Made by a program: the position numbers and the translations under genes
Notes under the pieces: generated by a model
What the model saw: the letters and a program-made list of their open reading frames with translations, nothing else
Database searches by the model: none
Told to the model about the DNA's origin: nothing
From: Candidatus Latescibacterota bacterium
GTDB taxonomy: Bacteria; Latescibacterota; UBA2968; SICM01
Assembly: GCA_009694805.1 (NCBI GenBank)
Contig: SICM01000003.1
Span: 10,887 to 74,886, forward strand
DNA: 64,000 nucleotides
Direction: 5' to 3'
Shown: positions 1 to 10,017 of the stretch, in pieces
How the letters are laid out: the number at the start of each line of letters is the position of its first letter
How positions within the stretch are numbered: position 1 is the stretch's first letter

Positions 1-970
1 GTCGTGGACGCGGGCGGGCGCGGAGGCCACGCTCAGTCCGGCGCTGGCCGAGTCCATCGCCGCGCATCCGGGGGTGCGGGCCGTGGACCGGCTGCGGCAG
101 TTCTTCGTCTACTCAGGGGAACGGCGAATCGTCCTGGGAGGGGTGGAGATGGGGCTTCCGGACGGGGAGGGGCGCTTCCCCCTTCTGGCCGGCGAGCGGG
201 GGGGGGCGCTGCGGCAGGTGCGCGAAGCAGGGGCGGTCCTGATCAGCGAACCTCTGGCGCGCAAGGCGGGGCTGGGCCCGGGGGACTGGCTGCCGGTCTA
301 CGGTCCGAAGGGGGAGGTGCGGTTCCGGGTCGCGGGGGTATACTATGATTATACGACGGAGGGCGGGGCGGTGGCGATGGATCTCCGGACGATGGAGCGA
401 GCTTTCGGGCCGGGGGAGGTCAACAATATGTCCCTTTATTTGAGCCCCGGATTCGACCCGGAGCGCGTGGTGGACGAGTTGAGGGCGAGGTTCGCGGGGT
501 ATCCGCTGGAGGTCCGGAGCAACCGACGGCTGCGAGAGGAGGTCTTCGCGATCTTCGATCAGACGTTCGCGGTCACGCAGATCCTGCGGGGGATGAGTCT
601 CCTGATCGCGGTCTGCGGGATCACGCTCACGCTCCTGGTGCTGGCCAGAGAAAGGGTGTCGGAACTGGCGCTCTACCGGGCGCTGGGGACGCAACGGCGG
701 CAGGTCTTCCGGGTGTTCGTGGGCGAGGGGTTGAGTATGGGGGTCATGGGTCTGGGGATCGGTGTCGTGGGAGGGTTCGCTCTGGCGATGATTCTGATCT
801 TCGCGATCAACCGGGCCTACTTCGGGTGGACGATTCAGGTCTACTGGCCCTGGTGGCAGGTCGCAGGGCAGGCGGCGACGATTCTGACGGCGGCGGTCAT
901 GGCGAGTTTATACCCCGCGCTGCGGGCGAGCCAGGCGCCGGCGGGGGAGTTGAGTCGAGATGATATTTGA
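1..970 (+). CDS. ABC transporter permease, FtsX/MacB-like (AttF/G-type), 5'-truncated
   Basis: Frame of ORF 74..970 is open from the window edge; C-terminal permease domain (IFDQTFAVT, ERVSELALYRALG, AINRAYFGWTI); adjacent to an AttH-like gene. Confidence 0.85.
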   Translation, partial: SWTRAGAEATLSPALAESIAAHPGVRAVDRLRQFFVYSGERRIVLGGVEMGLPDGEGRFPLLAGERGGALRQVREAGAVLISEPLARKAGLGPGDWLPVYGPKGEVRFRVAGVYYDYTTEGGAVAMDLRTMERAFGPGEVNNMSLYLSPGFDPERVVDELRARFAGYPLEVRSNRRLREEVFAIFDQTFAVTQILRGMSLLIAVCGITLTLLVLARERVSELALYRALGTQRRQVFRVFVGEGLSMGVMGLGIGVVGGFALAMILIFAINRAYFGWTIQVYWPWWQVAGQAATILTAAVMASLYPALRASQAPAGELSRDDI

Positions 971-2279
971 GGGGATTCCAACTTTTCTTGCTCGTGCAAG
1001 AAAAGTTGGGCAAAAGAAGCACGCTCGCTCAAGCGCCGCGAGGGGCTGGCGCGGCGCAACCTTAACGTCCTGCGGCCCTTCAACGTTGGGTGCTCACGGG
1101 AGGTGGGATGGCTCCGTCGGGCTCCGGTGGTCTGGGTTTCTGGCGCCGCGCACTCGGGGCTGTCGCGTTCTTCTGGTTATCCTTTTCAATATTCTTTTTG
1201 CAGCCGTATGCCCGGCGGAGGAGTGGAGGGCCGCGCGGCCCGACTATCCGTGGACGTTCCCGCAGGACCACTGGGCGCGGGAGGGGTACCGGACGGAGTG
1301 GTGGTACTTCACGGGACAGTTGTGTGTGGAGGGGGATTCGACCCGGTGGTTCGGGTATCAGTTCACGTTCTTCCGGGTGGGGACTCTGAGAGAACGACCT
1401 GACCTGGCCTCGGACTGGGCCGCGCGGAATCTGATCATGGGGCACGCGGCCATCAGCGATCTTTCGGGGGGTCGGCATCTCTTCAGCGAAGTGCTCTACC
1501 GGGAGGTCCCGCTGCTGGCCGGGTTCAACGCATATCCGGATTCGCTGATCGCGTGGAGCCGGGGGCCCGCCGGGACGGACGGGGCCTGGGCGCTGCGCTG
1601 GAACGGAGGGGCGTTCGACTTTGAGATGCGGGACGACGCGCAGGGCGCGGCCTTCCGGCTGTCCACGCGGCCTCTGAAACCGTTGATCTTTGAGGGGCCG
1701 AACGGATACAGCCGCAAGGGGGAGGGGCCGACGGCGGCGAGCCAGTACTACAGCTTCACCCGGCTCCGGACGGAGGGGACGCTGTCGCTGGAGGGGAGGA
1801 CGTGGCGGGTGCGGGGCGAGAGCTGGATGGACAAGGAGTTCGGGTCGAATCAGCTCGGCAAAGATCAGGTGGGGTGGGACTGGTTCAGTCTGCAACTGGA
1901 CGACGGGCGGGAGGTCATGCTCTACCTGCTGCGCGACGCGGCGGGGGAGGTCGATTTCGCCAGGGGCACGCTGGTCACGGCGACGGGGGAGGCGCGGTAC
2001 CTGACGCGGGAGGCGTGGCGGGTGCAGGCTACGGCGACGTGGAAGAGTCCCCATACCGGGGCGACGTATCCCGCCCGCTGGGTCGTGGAACTTCCGGGGG
2101 AGGGGCTGCGCCTGGAGGTCGCGCCGGAGCTGGCGGATCAGGAGAACCGGGGCAGGCTCGCCGGGGGACTTTTCTACTGGGAGGGCGCGGTGTCCGTGAA
2201 GAACTCCGGGGGGGCGCGGATCGGGCGGGGGTACGTGGAGCTGACCGGGTACGGGACGAAGAACCGGCCGGGGATATAA
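960..2279 (+). CDS. Secreted AttH/CrtC-like lipocalin-domain hydrolase
   Basis: FPQDH, TEWWYFTG, YYSFTRL, SWMDKEF, GWDWFSLQL, YWEGAV, GYVELTGY motifs; signal-like segment VLLVILFNILFAAVCPA; start uncertain (ATG 960 or TTG 1086). Confidence 0.85.
   Translation: MIFEGIPTFLARARKVGQKKHARSSAARGWRGATLTSCGPSTLGAHGRWDGSVGLRWSGFLAPRTRGCRVLLVILFNILFAAVCPAEEWRAARPDYPWTFPQDHWAREGYRTEWWYFTGQLCVEGDSTRWFGYQFTFFRVGTLRERPDLASDWAARNLIMGHAAISDLSGGRHLFSEVLYREVPLLAGFNAYPDSLIAWSRGPAGTDGAWALRWNGGAFDFEMRDDAQGAAFRLSTRPLKPLIFEGPNGYSRKGEGPTAASQYYSFTRLRTEGTLSLEGRTWRVRGESWMDKEFGSNQLGKDQVGWDWFSLQLDDGREVMLYLLRDAAGEVDFARGTLVTATGEARYLTREAWRVQATATWKSPHTGATYPARWVVELPGEGLRLEVAPELADQENRGRLAGGLFYWEGAVSVKNSGGARIGRGYVELTGYGTKNRPGI
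978..1151. repeat. Dispersed structured element, copy 1 (pseudoknot/triplex head)
   Basis: CCAACTTTTCTTG-CTCGTG-CAAGAAAAGTTGG-G-CAAAAGAA-GCACG head; similar to 19691 and 26854. Confidence 0.85.
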
Positions 2280-2341
2280 GGGAAAAGGCGGAAGGCGAAA
2301 GGATGAAGGCGGAGGGCCGTTCATTTTGAATAGGGGGGGCG

Positions 2342-4055
2342 ATGAGACGGACGCTCGTGTTTCTGGCCGTTCTGATGGGTCTGGCAGGAGGCGGTGCGCT
2401 CCAGGCGCAGGAGGCCGGGGAGCTCTCCATGAACGTCCTCTATCTCGATGGGAAGAGTGGCTACGTCGCGCTGCCGTCCGGGATGTTCGACGGCCTGAGG
2501 GAGGCCACGGTCGAGGCGTGGGTCAAGTGGGAACAGTTCAACGACTGGGCACGGGTGTTCGACTTCGGGCGGGAAAAGAACGCCGTGCTGGTGCTGAATG
2601 AGAAGCGGTCCTCCACGGTGCAGTTTGCGATCTACGACCGGAAGGGGAAGGACCACCGGACGCGGGCGGAGAAGTTGATCGCTCCGGGGGTCTGGACGCA
2701 CCTTGCGGCGGTCTGCGGGCCCCGGCGGGATGGAATTCTACGTGGACGGAAGGCTGGTGGATTCGGACCGGTACGAAGGGGGGCTGGATCAGGCCGCCGG
2801 GGGACAGAACTATGTGGGGAGGTCGAACTGGCCCGGGGACGCGCTGTTTCAGGGCTACGTGGCCGAGTTCCGGGTCTGGGACAGGCGGCGCACGCGGGAG
2901 GAGATCCTCTCCCGGATGGGCCGGCTTCTGACGGGCCGGGAGCCGGGGCTGGCGGGCTACTGGCGGTTCAATCGGGCGGAGGGCGCGTCCGTGCCGGATG
3001 ACGGGCCTTCGGGGAGGTCCGCGTCGTTGATGGGGGGCGCTCAGGTCGTGACGGTGCCCGCCGTGGCGAGGTATCTGACGCCGGGGGAGCTGGAGAAGGC
3101 GGCGGCGAACGTGTATGCGCTGGGCCAGACCAGTCTGAAGCAGGGGGCCTACATCACGGCCTACAAGGACTTCCAGGCGGCCCTGGACCTGGTCCCCGGC
3201 TTTCGGGACGCGGACGCCCTGATGCGGGAGGCCGTTGAAAAGGGGCGTTACCGCCTGGCCGTGTTCCCCGTCGCGGCCCGGATGAGGGTCGGGGGTTCGG
3301 GGCAGACTTCCAGGCCGGGGCTGCTGAGGCGCGCGCTGGAGGCCCTGTCGGAGTCCGGAACAGTGGACCTGCTCAGGCAGGAGGAGGCGCGCGCGGCCCT
3401 GGAAGAGGACCTCAACGAAACCCTCCTTTCAGAGCTTTCGAAAGGGCTTCCGCCCTACGTGGATCTGGTGGCTCAGAACAGGCTGGACTGGATTCTGAAG
3501 GGAAAGGGGCTGGATGTGAGGAGGGCAGACCCCGCGCAGATTGTCCAGGCCGCCGGGGGCTCGGGGATCCGGGCCGTGGCGCTGGGAGAGGTGGATGTCG
3601 CGTCGCTGACTCAGGACAGTGACCGGGAGGCGCAGAAGGCGTTCCTGGCGCGGGAAGTCTCTTATTTCGACGACAAGGGCAAGGAGAAGAAGCGGCGCGA
3701 GAAGGCGGGAGAACATACCTATTATGTGGTGAAGAAGGATGTCCGGATGACGTGCCGGGTGAGCTACCGGGTCGTGGAGGCGGAGACGGGGGAGGCCCTG
3801 AAACAGGATTTCGTCGAAGAGGAGGTCCAGGACGCCGTGGAGTACGCGGACCCCAACGGGATGCGACCCCAGGACCTCTGGGTCGAACGGTACGGTGACC
3901 TCCGGCGTCTGGACGGGGAGGACAAGCGGTTCGGGGCGCGGGAGAAGCTGCGCAGCCGGCCCGAGCTGATCTCGGCGGCGCTGGGCGTCCGAATGGCTGA
4001 ACGCCTCCTGTCTTTTGTGGAGGGCTACAGCCCGGGCGGTTCCGGGGGGAAGTGA
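2342..4055 (+). CDS. Secreted LamG/ConA-like lectin domain + TPR-like + C-terminal alpha/beta protein; frameshifted at ~2720
   Basis: ORF 2342..3001 (signal peptide, TVEAWVK, WTHLAAV) continues in ORF 2703..4055 (MEFYVDG, GYVAEFRVW, GLAGYWRF); removing one C from the C4 run at 2720-2723 restores VCGPGGMEF. Confidence 0.75.
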
Positions 4056-4103
4056 CCCGGCAGGGGTTTTCGCGGGTGAGGCAGGGCCAGGGTTCTTGTC
4101 TGG

Positions 4104-4137
4104 TGTGGTCGATTGTGTTATGTGGTCGATTGTGTTA
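4104..4137 (+). repeat. Perfect 17-bp tandem duplication (TGTGGTCGATTGTGTTA x2) in the putative AOR promoter
   Basis: Direct inspection; overlaps TTGTGT-N17-TATATT (4113-4141). Confidence 0.8.
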
Positions 4138-4199
4138 TATTGAGTCTGGTTGCGGCATTGAGTCCCTTTTGTTGAAGACATTATCATCCAGGAGCGCCC

Positions 4200-6104
4200 A
4201 TGAGAGCCACGACAGAGACGCCCAAGCAGGCGACGGATTTCGGCTTCACGCGGGCCGTGTTCGATGTCTCCCGGGGGGAGATGGTGGATTTCAGGGAACT
4301 GCCCGTGCAGGACGACATGGACTTCCTCGGCGGCATCGGGCGATCCTTCAAGATCGTGGGGGAGTACCGCGTCAGCGACCCGTTCGCGCCGGACAGCCCC
4401 CTGGTGCTCAACACGGGCTGTCTGACCGGGACGAGCTACATGACGGGGCTGAGGGCCTACTTCACGGGCTACTCTCCGCTCAAGCGGACGAGGCAGGGGG
4501 CGCCGATGGCGTCCTGGTCGGCCATGAGCGGGTGCTTCGGGCGGAAATTCCGTTCTGCCGGGATCGACGATCTCATCCTGATCGGCGCGGCGAAGGCGCC
4601 GCAGATCCTGCTCGTGAAGCAGTCCGCCGCAGGGCCGGAGGTCTCTCTGCTGCCCGCGCCGACGGAGATCGTGGGGGCGCGGACGCCGGAGAAGTTCGCT
4701 TATCTGAACCAGCGGTTCAACAACCCGGAGGGCCGCGACTTCCCGGCGCAGTTTGCGGTGTTAGGCCCTGCGGGGGAGCACTGGCAGACGGTCTGGTACG
4801 CGAGCATCGCCGGGTCCACGGTGGAGCAGCTTCAGTCGGGCGAGGACAAGATGCGGTTTGCAGGCCGGCTGGGGATGGGGTCCGTGCTCGGCTCCAAGGG
4901 GATCATCGCCATCGTCGCGTACGCGGAGGAAGACCTCTCCCTGAAGGGGGACGAGCGGATGAAGCCGATCAACCGGGAGATCGGCCGGGGGGAGCAGAGC
5001 AAGAACTATCGCCATCCGAACAACCAGGACGGCCGGGGGGGCACGGGCCGGAACGAGCGGCTGCTGGACAGCTTTGGCATTTTGCCGGTCAGGAACTTCG
5101 AGCCGAGGGGGGAGAACCTGGCGACGCCGGTTCATCTGGAGACGGTGCGGGAGGCGGACAAGTACATCGTCATCGACAAGAACTGCTTCGGGTGTCAGAT
5201 CTCGTGCCATCAGGACGTGTACGCAGCGCCGGAGGGGGGCAAGGATCCCAATCCGCGCGCCGCGAGGCGGAACCACGGGCCCTACGTCGGGCGCTACGAG
5301 TTCGAGCCGATGGAGCTGTCCGGGCCGAACAACGGGGTGCTGGACCCGGACCAGAACCTGGCCCTGGCGCGGCTGGCGGATGACCTGGGGTTCGATGCGA
5401 TCTCGGTGAATGTGGTGCTGTCGTTCCTGATGGACTACAACTCCCGGAACGGAAAGCGGGTGGCCGGAGGGCTTCAGTTCGGAGATGCGGAGGGGGCTGC
5501 GCGGGTGATGGAGGAGGTCGCCTACGGGCGGGAGCCGCTGTTCGGCAAGGGAGTCAAGGCGATCTCGGAGGAGATCGGAGGCGCGGGGTTCGCGATGCAC
5601 TCGAAGGGGGTGGAGCTGTCGGCCTACCTGGGACAGACGAATCCGGGCTACCCGTTTGCCACGGCGGGGGGGCACATGTCGATGCGGACTTTTCTGCTGT
5701 ATGCGACGGACCCGGAGTGCAAGCCGGAGTCGGCGGACTACTGGGTGGACAAGATCGCGAATGAAGGATGGAAGATGATCAACGTCAACCTGCACGGGGG
5801 CTGCCTGTTCGCGATGGCCCCGCCGAACCAGGTCGCCGACTCGGTGGCGTCGATCTACGGGATTCCGATGACGGCGGAGCGGGTGCTGGACGCCACGTAC
5901 CGGGCGCATCTGATGGGGTTTGCGCTGGAACAGCGGCAGGGGGCGACGGAGGCGGACTACGACCTGCCTGCGGAGACCTTTGTGGGCGGGCGGAAGGGGG
6001 ATCTGCCGGGGGTGCATTTTCTGACGCGGGGGCTGTTCGAGGAGATCCGGGAGCGGGTGCTGAGCAAGTTTAAGGGGGATGCGGTGAGGTTTGGGTATGC
6101 GTGA
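4200..6104 (+). CDS. Aldehyde:ferredoxin oxidoreductase family (tungstopterin WOR/AOR)
   Basis: RFAGRLGMGSVLGSKG, CFGCQISC (4Fe-4S), YEFE, DDLGFDAIS, HSKGVELSAY; 634 aa; GGAG RBS. Confidence 0.85.
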   Translation: MRATTETPKQATDFGFTRAVFDVSRGEMVDFRELPVQDDMDFLGGIGRSFKIVGEYRVSDPFAPDSPLVLNTGCLTGTSYMTGLRAYFTGYSPLKRTRQGAPMASWSAMSGCFGRKFRSAGIDDLILIGAAKAPQILLVKQSAAGPEVSLLPAPTEIVGARTPEKFAYLNQRFNNPEGRDFPAQFAVLGPAGEHWQTVWYASIAGSTVEQLQSGEDKMRFAGRLGMGSVLGSKGIIAIVAYAEEDLSLKGDERMKPINREIGRGEQSKNYRHPNNQDGRGGTGRNERLLDSFGILPVRNFEPRGENLATPVHLETVREADKYIVIDKNCFGCQISCHQDVYAAPEGGKDPNPRAARRNHGPYVGRYEFEPMELSGPNNGVLDPDQNLALARLADDLGFDAISVNVVLSFLMDYNSRNGKRVAGGLQFGDAEGAARVMEEVAYGREPLFGKGVKAISEEIGGAGFAMHSKGVELSAYLGQTNPGYPFATAGGHMSMRTFLLYATDPECKPESADYWVDKIANEGWKMINVNLHGGCLFAMAPPNQVADSVASIYGIPMTAERVLDATYRAHLMGFALEQRQGATEADYDLPAETFVGGRKGDLPGVHFLTRGLFEEIRERVLSKFKGDAVRFGYA

Positions 6105-6119
6105 TATAGGAGCTTTGAC

Positions 6120-7128
6120 ATGAACCGACCTCCGGAAAAGTTCAAGCGTATCCCTGTCGAACAGCTCCAGGCGTTCGCGGCGGCGTGCCTGAAGGCCGCT
6201 GGGATGCGGGCCGAGCACGCGGACCAGCTCGCGGAGTTGCTGACCCACGGCGACCTGCGCGGGGGTGCGCTCGCACGGCACGCGCGCGCTCTCCGGCTAC
6301 TGCCGGTCGCTGCGTGACGGCCAGGTCAACCCCAACCCCGACCTCCGGGTGCTCCAGGAGACGGATACCTCCGTCCTGGTGGACGGGGACGGGGGGCTGG
6401 GCTACGCGCCGATGATGAGGGCGACCGAGATGGCCATCCCCAAGGCGAAGGCCAAGGGCGTGGCCGTGGGGGCGACGCGGCACATCGGGCACTACGGCTC
6501 CGCCGGCCATTACGTGCGCCGGGCCATGCAGGAGGGGTGTACGGCGTTCTCGGTGCAGGGGGGCCACACCACATACTGGGGGGAGGACGGGAGGAACAAG
6601 ACCATTCAGTCCGCGTACTGGGGCAACCCGCCGATCTGCTTCGGCCTGCCGGGCCAGGACGAGCCGCCGCTGGTGCTGGACGCGGCCACCTGCATCCTGG
6701 CCGACTACCAGCGGGGGGAGGCATTCGACGCGCTCCAGGAGTTGATCCCGGCGGCGTTTTTCAAGTCCATGGGCTACACGGGCGTGGCCACGGCCCTGGG
6801 TGGGGCGTTCGTGGGGATGAACAGCCCGGAGGCAGAGGCGGTGACGGCGAAGTGGCCGGGCGCGCGGCACGGGGGGCTGGTCCTGGTGATGAACATCGGC
6901 CTGTTCGCGCCGGCGGAGGCGTTCCGGACCGGCATCGACAACCTGGTGCGCGGGGTGCGGGAGCACATGGCGCCGGTGCGGGGTTACGCGGAGGCCACGC
7001 TGCCGGGCACGGTCGAGTCCCGCAATGAACAGGCGTACCGCCGGGACGGGATTCCCTACGGCCTGGAGGACCTGGCGCGCATCGAGGCGACGGGGGCGGC
7101 GTTCGGTGTGACGCCGGGGTGGGCGTAG
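6120..7128 (+). CDS. Ldh_2 (malate/L-lactate dehydrogenase 2, ComC/YiaK-like) oxidoreductase; frameshifted at ~6261
   Basis: Family motif DLRGVxSHG is split over ORFs 6120..6317 and 6265..7128 by a G5 run; VDGDGGLG, HYG, GNPPI, LDAAT, LPG. Confidence 0.8.
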
Positions 7129-7205
7129 GAAACGATTGCTTCGCAATAGAGACCTCCGCGGGAGAGGGGACGGGGGTCAGGCCGGTTAATGTAAAGGAGA
7201 ATTCC

Positions 7206-8459
7206 GTGATTCGAAAGTCCTGTCTCTTAGTCGTGTTCCTTCTGACCTTTGCCGGTGTCGTGCGCGCCGAGTACCAGATGCTGGACCGGATCGTGGCCGT
7301 GGTGGACGACCAGATCATCCTCGCCTCGGACGTGGAGCAGGAGCTGGCCATGCAGGTGATGCAGCGCGGCGGAGACCCGGCCAAGCTGACGTCGAGCCAG
7401 CGCGAAGAGTACACCCAACAGACCCTCGAACTCCTCATCCGGTCGAAAATCCTGGCCTATAAGGCCAAGAGGGACACCCTCAAGGTGGACGAGGAGCAGC
7501 TCGAAGAGGCGGTGCGGCAGCAGATGCAGCAGGTCAAGGAGGAGAACCCGAACTTTCAGGACCTGCTCAAATCGCAGAATATGACGGAGCGGGAGCTGCG
7601 CAACCGTTACCGGAAGACCCTCCGGGAGCAGTTTCTGACGCAGCAGGTGCAGCAGAAGTTGGCGTCCAGGGTGGAGGTTTCCTACCGGGACGTACAGGCC
7701 TTCCGCCAGACGTACCGGGATTCCCTCCCGCCGCAGGTGGGCGTCAGCCACATCCTCATCACGCCGAAGGCCGGGGACGTGCAGCGGGCCGAGGCGCGAA
7801 AAAAGGCCGAGGCCCTGCTGGCGCGGGTGAAGGCGGGGGAGGACTTCGCGGCCCTGGCCACGCAGAATTCGGATGATACGGGCAGCGCCAAGGAGGGGGG
7901 GGATCTCGGGTTCTTCGGCAAGGGAAACATGGTTCCGGAGTTCGAGAAGGTGGCGTTTGCGCTGAAGCCGGGGGAGATCAGCGACGTGGTGGAGAGCTCG
8001 TTCGGGTTCCACATCATCAAGTGCGAGGGCGTGTCCGAAGGCAAGGTGCATGCCCGGCATATCCTGGTCACCTTTCCGCCCCCTTCCGAGGAGGACGACA
8101 AGAAGGCCTACACCCTGGCCAGCGAGCTGAAGGAGCGGGCGCTGAAGGGGGAGAAGTTTGCGGACCTCGCCCGACAGTACTCCGAGGAGAAGGGGAGCGC
8201 GGAGCGCGGAGGATTTCTGAACTTCTTCCGCCGGGATGCTATCCCGTCGGAATTTGCGGACACGGTGTCGAAGATGCGCCTCGGCGACGTGGCCGGGCCG
8301 GTCAAGACCAAGTTCGGGTGGCACGTGCTCAAGCTCAACAACGACCGGGAGACGATCGAGAATCTTCTGCGCCAGGAAAAGCTGACGGAGCTGTTCGAGA
8401 AGACCATCGAAGATACGCGGCGAAAGATGTACGTGGATGTGCGGGGGGGTAAACCGTGA
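7206..8459 (+). CDS. surA: Periplasmic chaperone/peptidyl-prolyl isomerase SurA
   Basis: Signal peptide, LDRIVAVVDDQII N-domain, two parvulin domains (SHILI, GGDLGFF, FGFHIIK, FGWHVLK); GTG start after AAGGAG. Confidence 0.85.
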   Translation: MIRKSCLLVVFLLTFAGVVRAEYQMLDRIVAVVDDQIILASDVEQELAMQVMQRGGDPAKLTSSQREEYTQQTLELLIRSKILAYKAKRDTLKVDEEQLEEAVRQQMQQVKEENPNFQDLLKSQNMTERELRNRYRKTLREQFLTQQVQQKLASRVEVSYRDVQAFRQTYRDSLPPQVGVSHILITPKAGDVQRAEARKKAEALLARVKAGEDFAALATQNSDDTGSAKEGGDLGFFGKGNMVPEFEKVAFALKPGEISDVVESSFGFHIIKCEGVSEGKVHARHILVTFPPPSEEDDKKAYTLASELKERALKGEKFADLARQYSEEKGSAERGGFLNFFRRDAIPSEFADTVSKMRLGDVAGPVKTKFGWHVLKLNNDRETIENLLRQEKLTELFEKTIEDTRRKMYVDVRGGKP

Positions 8460-8465
8460 CGAGTG

Positions 8466-9215
8466 ATGAGTGATGAGTCTGTCAGCCCTCCTTACGGGCG
8501 TCTGGCCGACATCTACGACTTCGTCATGCGACACGTCGATTACAGGGCGTGGGCGGACTATGTCGAGGCGGCCTTCGCGCGGCACGGGGTGAATCCGGTT
8601 CGCGTCCTGGACATGGCCTGCGGCACGGGGACCATGGCCCTGGAGCTGTCGCGGCGGGGTTATGACACGAGTGGCGTTGACGCCTCGGAGGCGATGCTCT
8701 CTGTGGCCCGCCGGAAGGTCGAGGCCGCCGGCCGGGCCATCCCGCTTCACGTGGCCGACCTGCGGTCTGTGGAGGGGCTCCCTGTCTTCGACGCCGTCAT
8801 CTGTCTCTACGACAGCATGAACTACATGATGTCCCCGGATGAGATGGGCCAGGCCTTCCGGCAGGTTCGTCCGCTTGTCCGGCAGGAGGGGCTGTTCCTG
8901 TTCGACGTCTGCACGGAGGCCAACTCCATCCGTTATTTTCGCGACATGACGGATCGCGAGGTCGGAGACGGGTTCGCCTATGTGCGTCACAGTTTCTACA
9001 GGGACGGCATCCAGACGAACGATTTCACGATCCGCTTTCAGGCCTCCGGGGAATCGGTCCGGGAGACTCACCGCCAGCGCATCTATCCGGTCAGGACGGT
9101 GCTCGATGCCATTGCGGCGTCCGATTTCGCGCTGCAGGGGGCTTACGAAGGGTTCACCTTCCGCACGGCCTCCGAGGAATCCGACCGGGTGCATTTCGTT
9201 CTGAGACCGAAATGA
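8466..9215 (+). CDS. Class I SAM-dependent methyltransferase
   Basis: VLDMACGTG, GVDASEAML, DSMNY, GLFLFDV. Confidence 0.85.
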   Translation: MSDESVSPPYGRLADIYDFVMRHVDYRAWADYVEAAFARHGVNPVRVLDMACGTGTMALELSRRGYDTSGVDASEAMLSVARRKVEAAGRAIPLHVADLRSVEGLPVFDAVICLYDSMNYMMSPDEMGQAFRQVRPLVRQEGLFLFDVCTEANSIRYFRDMTDREVGDGFAYVRHSFYRDGIQTNDFTIRFQASGESVRETHRQRIYPVRTVLDAIAASDFALQGAYEGFTFRTASEESDRVHFVLRPK

Positions 9216-9295
9216 ATCCGCAGATGGGCGCAGAGGGGCGCAGATGGCGCAGGTCACACAGGGTTTCTATCTGCGACATCCGTGAAATCTGCGGG
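9213..9295. repeat. 9-nt periodic inverted arms (CGCAGATGG-type / ATCTGCG)
   Basis: ccgcagatgggcgcagaggggcgcagatggcgcagg ... atctgcgacatccgtgaaatctgcgg. Confidence 0.7.
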
Positions 9296-9303
9296 TGGGT
9301 TCT

Positions 9304-9957
9304 ATGATCGAACTCCAGAACGTCTGGGTTGAGAAGGGGGACTCCATCCTTCTGGAAGACGTGACCATGGCCGTCCGGAAAGGGGAGTTCGTCTACCTGA
9401 TCGGTCCGAGCGGGGCCGGGAAGAGCACGCTCCTGCGCCTGATCTATTTCGACGAGCGCCCGACGCGGGGGCGCGTGGCCGTGGAGGGCCGGAACTCCGA
9501 CGCCATCCGGGACCGGGACATCCCTTTCATTCGCCGAAAGATCGGCCTCATCTTTCAGGACTTCAATCTCCTGCGGGACCGGACGGTCCTGGACAACGTG
9601 GCCTTCGCCCTGGAGGTGACCGGGGCTTCCCGATCGACCCTCCACCGGCGGGCGCTGGCCGCGCTGGCCGCCGTGGGCATGACGCAGAAACGGAACGAGA
9701 TCCCCGATCACCTGTCGGGGGGGGAGCGCCAGCGCGTGGTGATCGCCCGCGCCCTGGTCAACGAGCCGGTCCTGCTGCTGGCGGACGAACCGACCGGAAA
9801 CCTGGACGCCCGCGCGACGGAGAACGTGACGGAGATCCTCCGGAACATCCACCGTCAGGGCACTGCCGTGATCGTGGCCACGCACGACGCCACCCTGACC
9901 CAGCGGTCTCCCCACCGGACGGTGAGACTGGAGTCGGGAAAGATCAAAGGCCAGTGA
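9304..9957 (+). CDS. ftsE: Cell division ATP-binding protein FtsE
   Basis: GPSGAGKST, IFQDFNLL, LSGGERQRV, LLADEPTGNLD; upstream of ftsX. Confidence 0.9.
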   Translation: MIELQNVWVEKGDSILLEDVTMAVRKGEFVYLIGPSGAGKSTLLRLIYFDERPTRGRVAVEGRNSDAIRDRDIPFIRRKIGLIFQDFNLLRDRTVLDNVAFALEVTGASRSTLHRRALAALAAVGMTQKRNEIPDHLSGGERQRVVIARALVNEPVLLLADEPTGNLDARATENVTEILRNIHRQGTAVIVATHDATLTQRSPHRTVRLESGKIKGQ

Positions 9958-10017
9958 CGCGTGATGTGTGACGCGTGATGAGCAGCCCCTCACCCCTCAC
10001 CTTTCACTCCCTTTTTT

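Noticed and set aside
4056-4199. Moco/Wco riboswitch upstream of the AOR gene
   Set aside because: No recognisable conserved stems, and the leader after the putative promoter is short; an Infernal search would settle it
7227-9257. Long antisense ORFs (also 14268..16853, 37324..39417, 57454..59073 and many others)
   Set aside because: Shadow ORFs of high-GC coding strands; no family motifs, and they overlap well-supported genes
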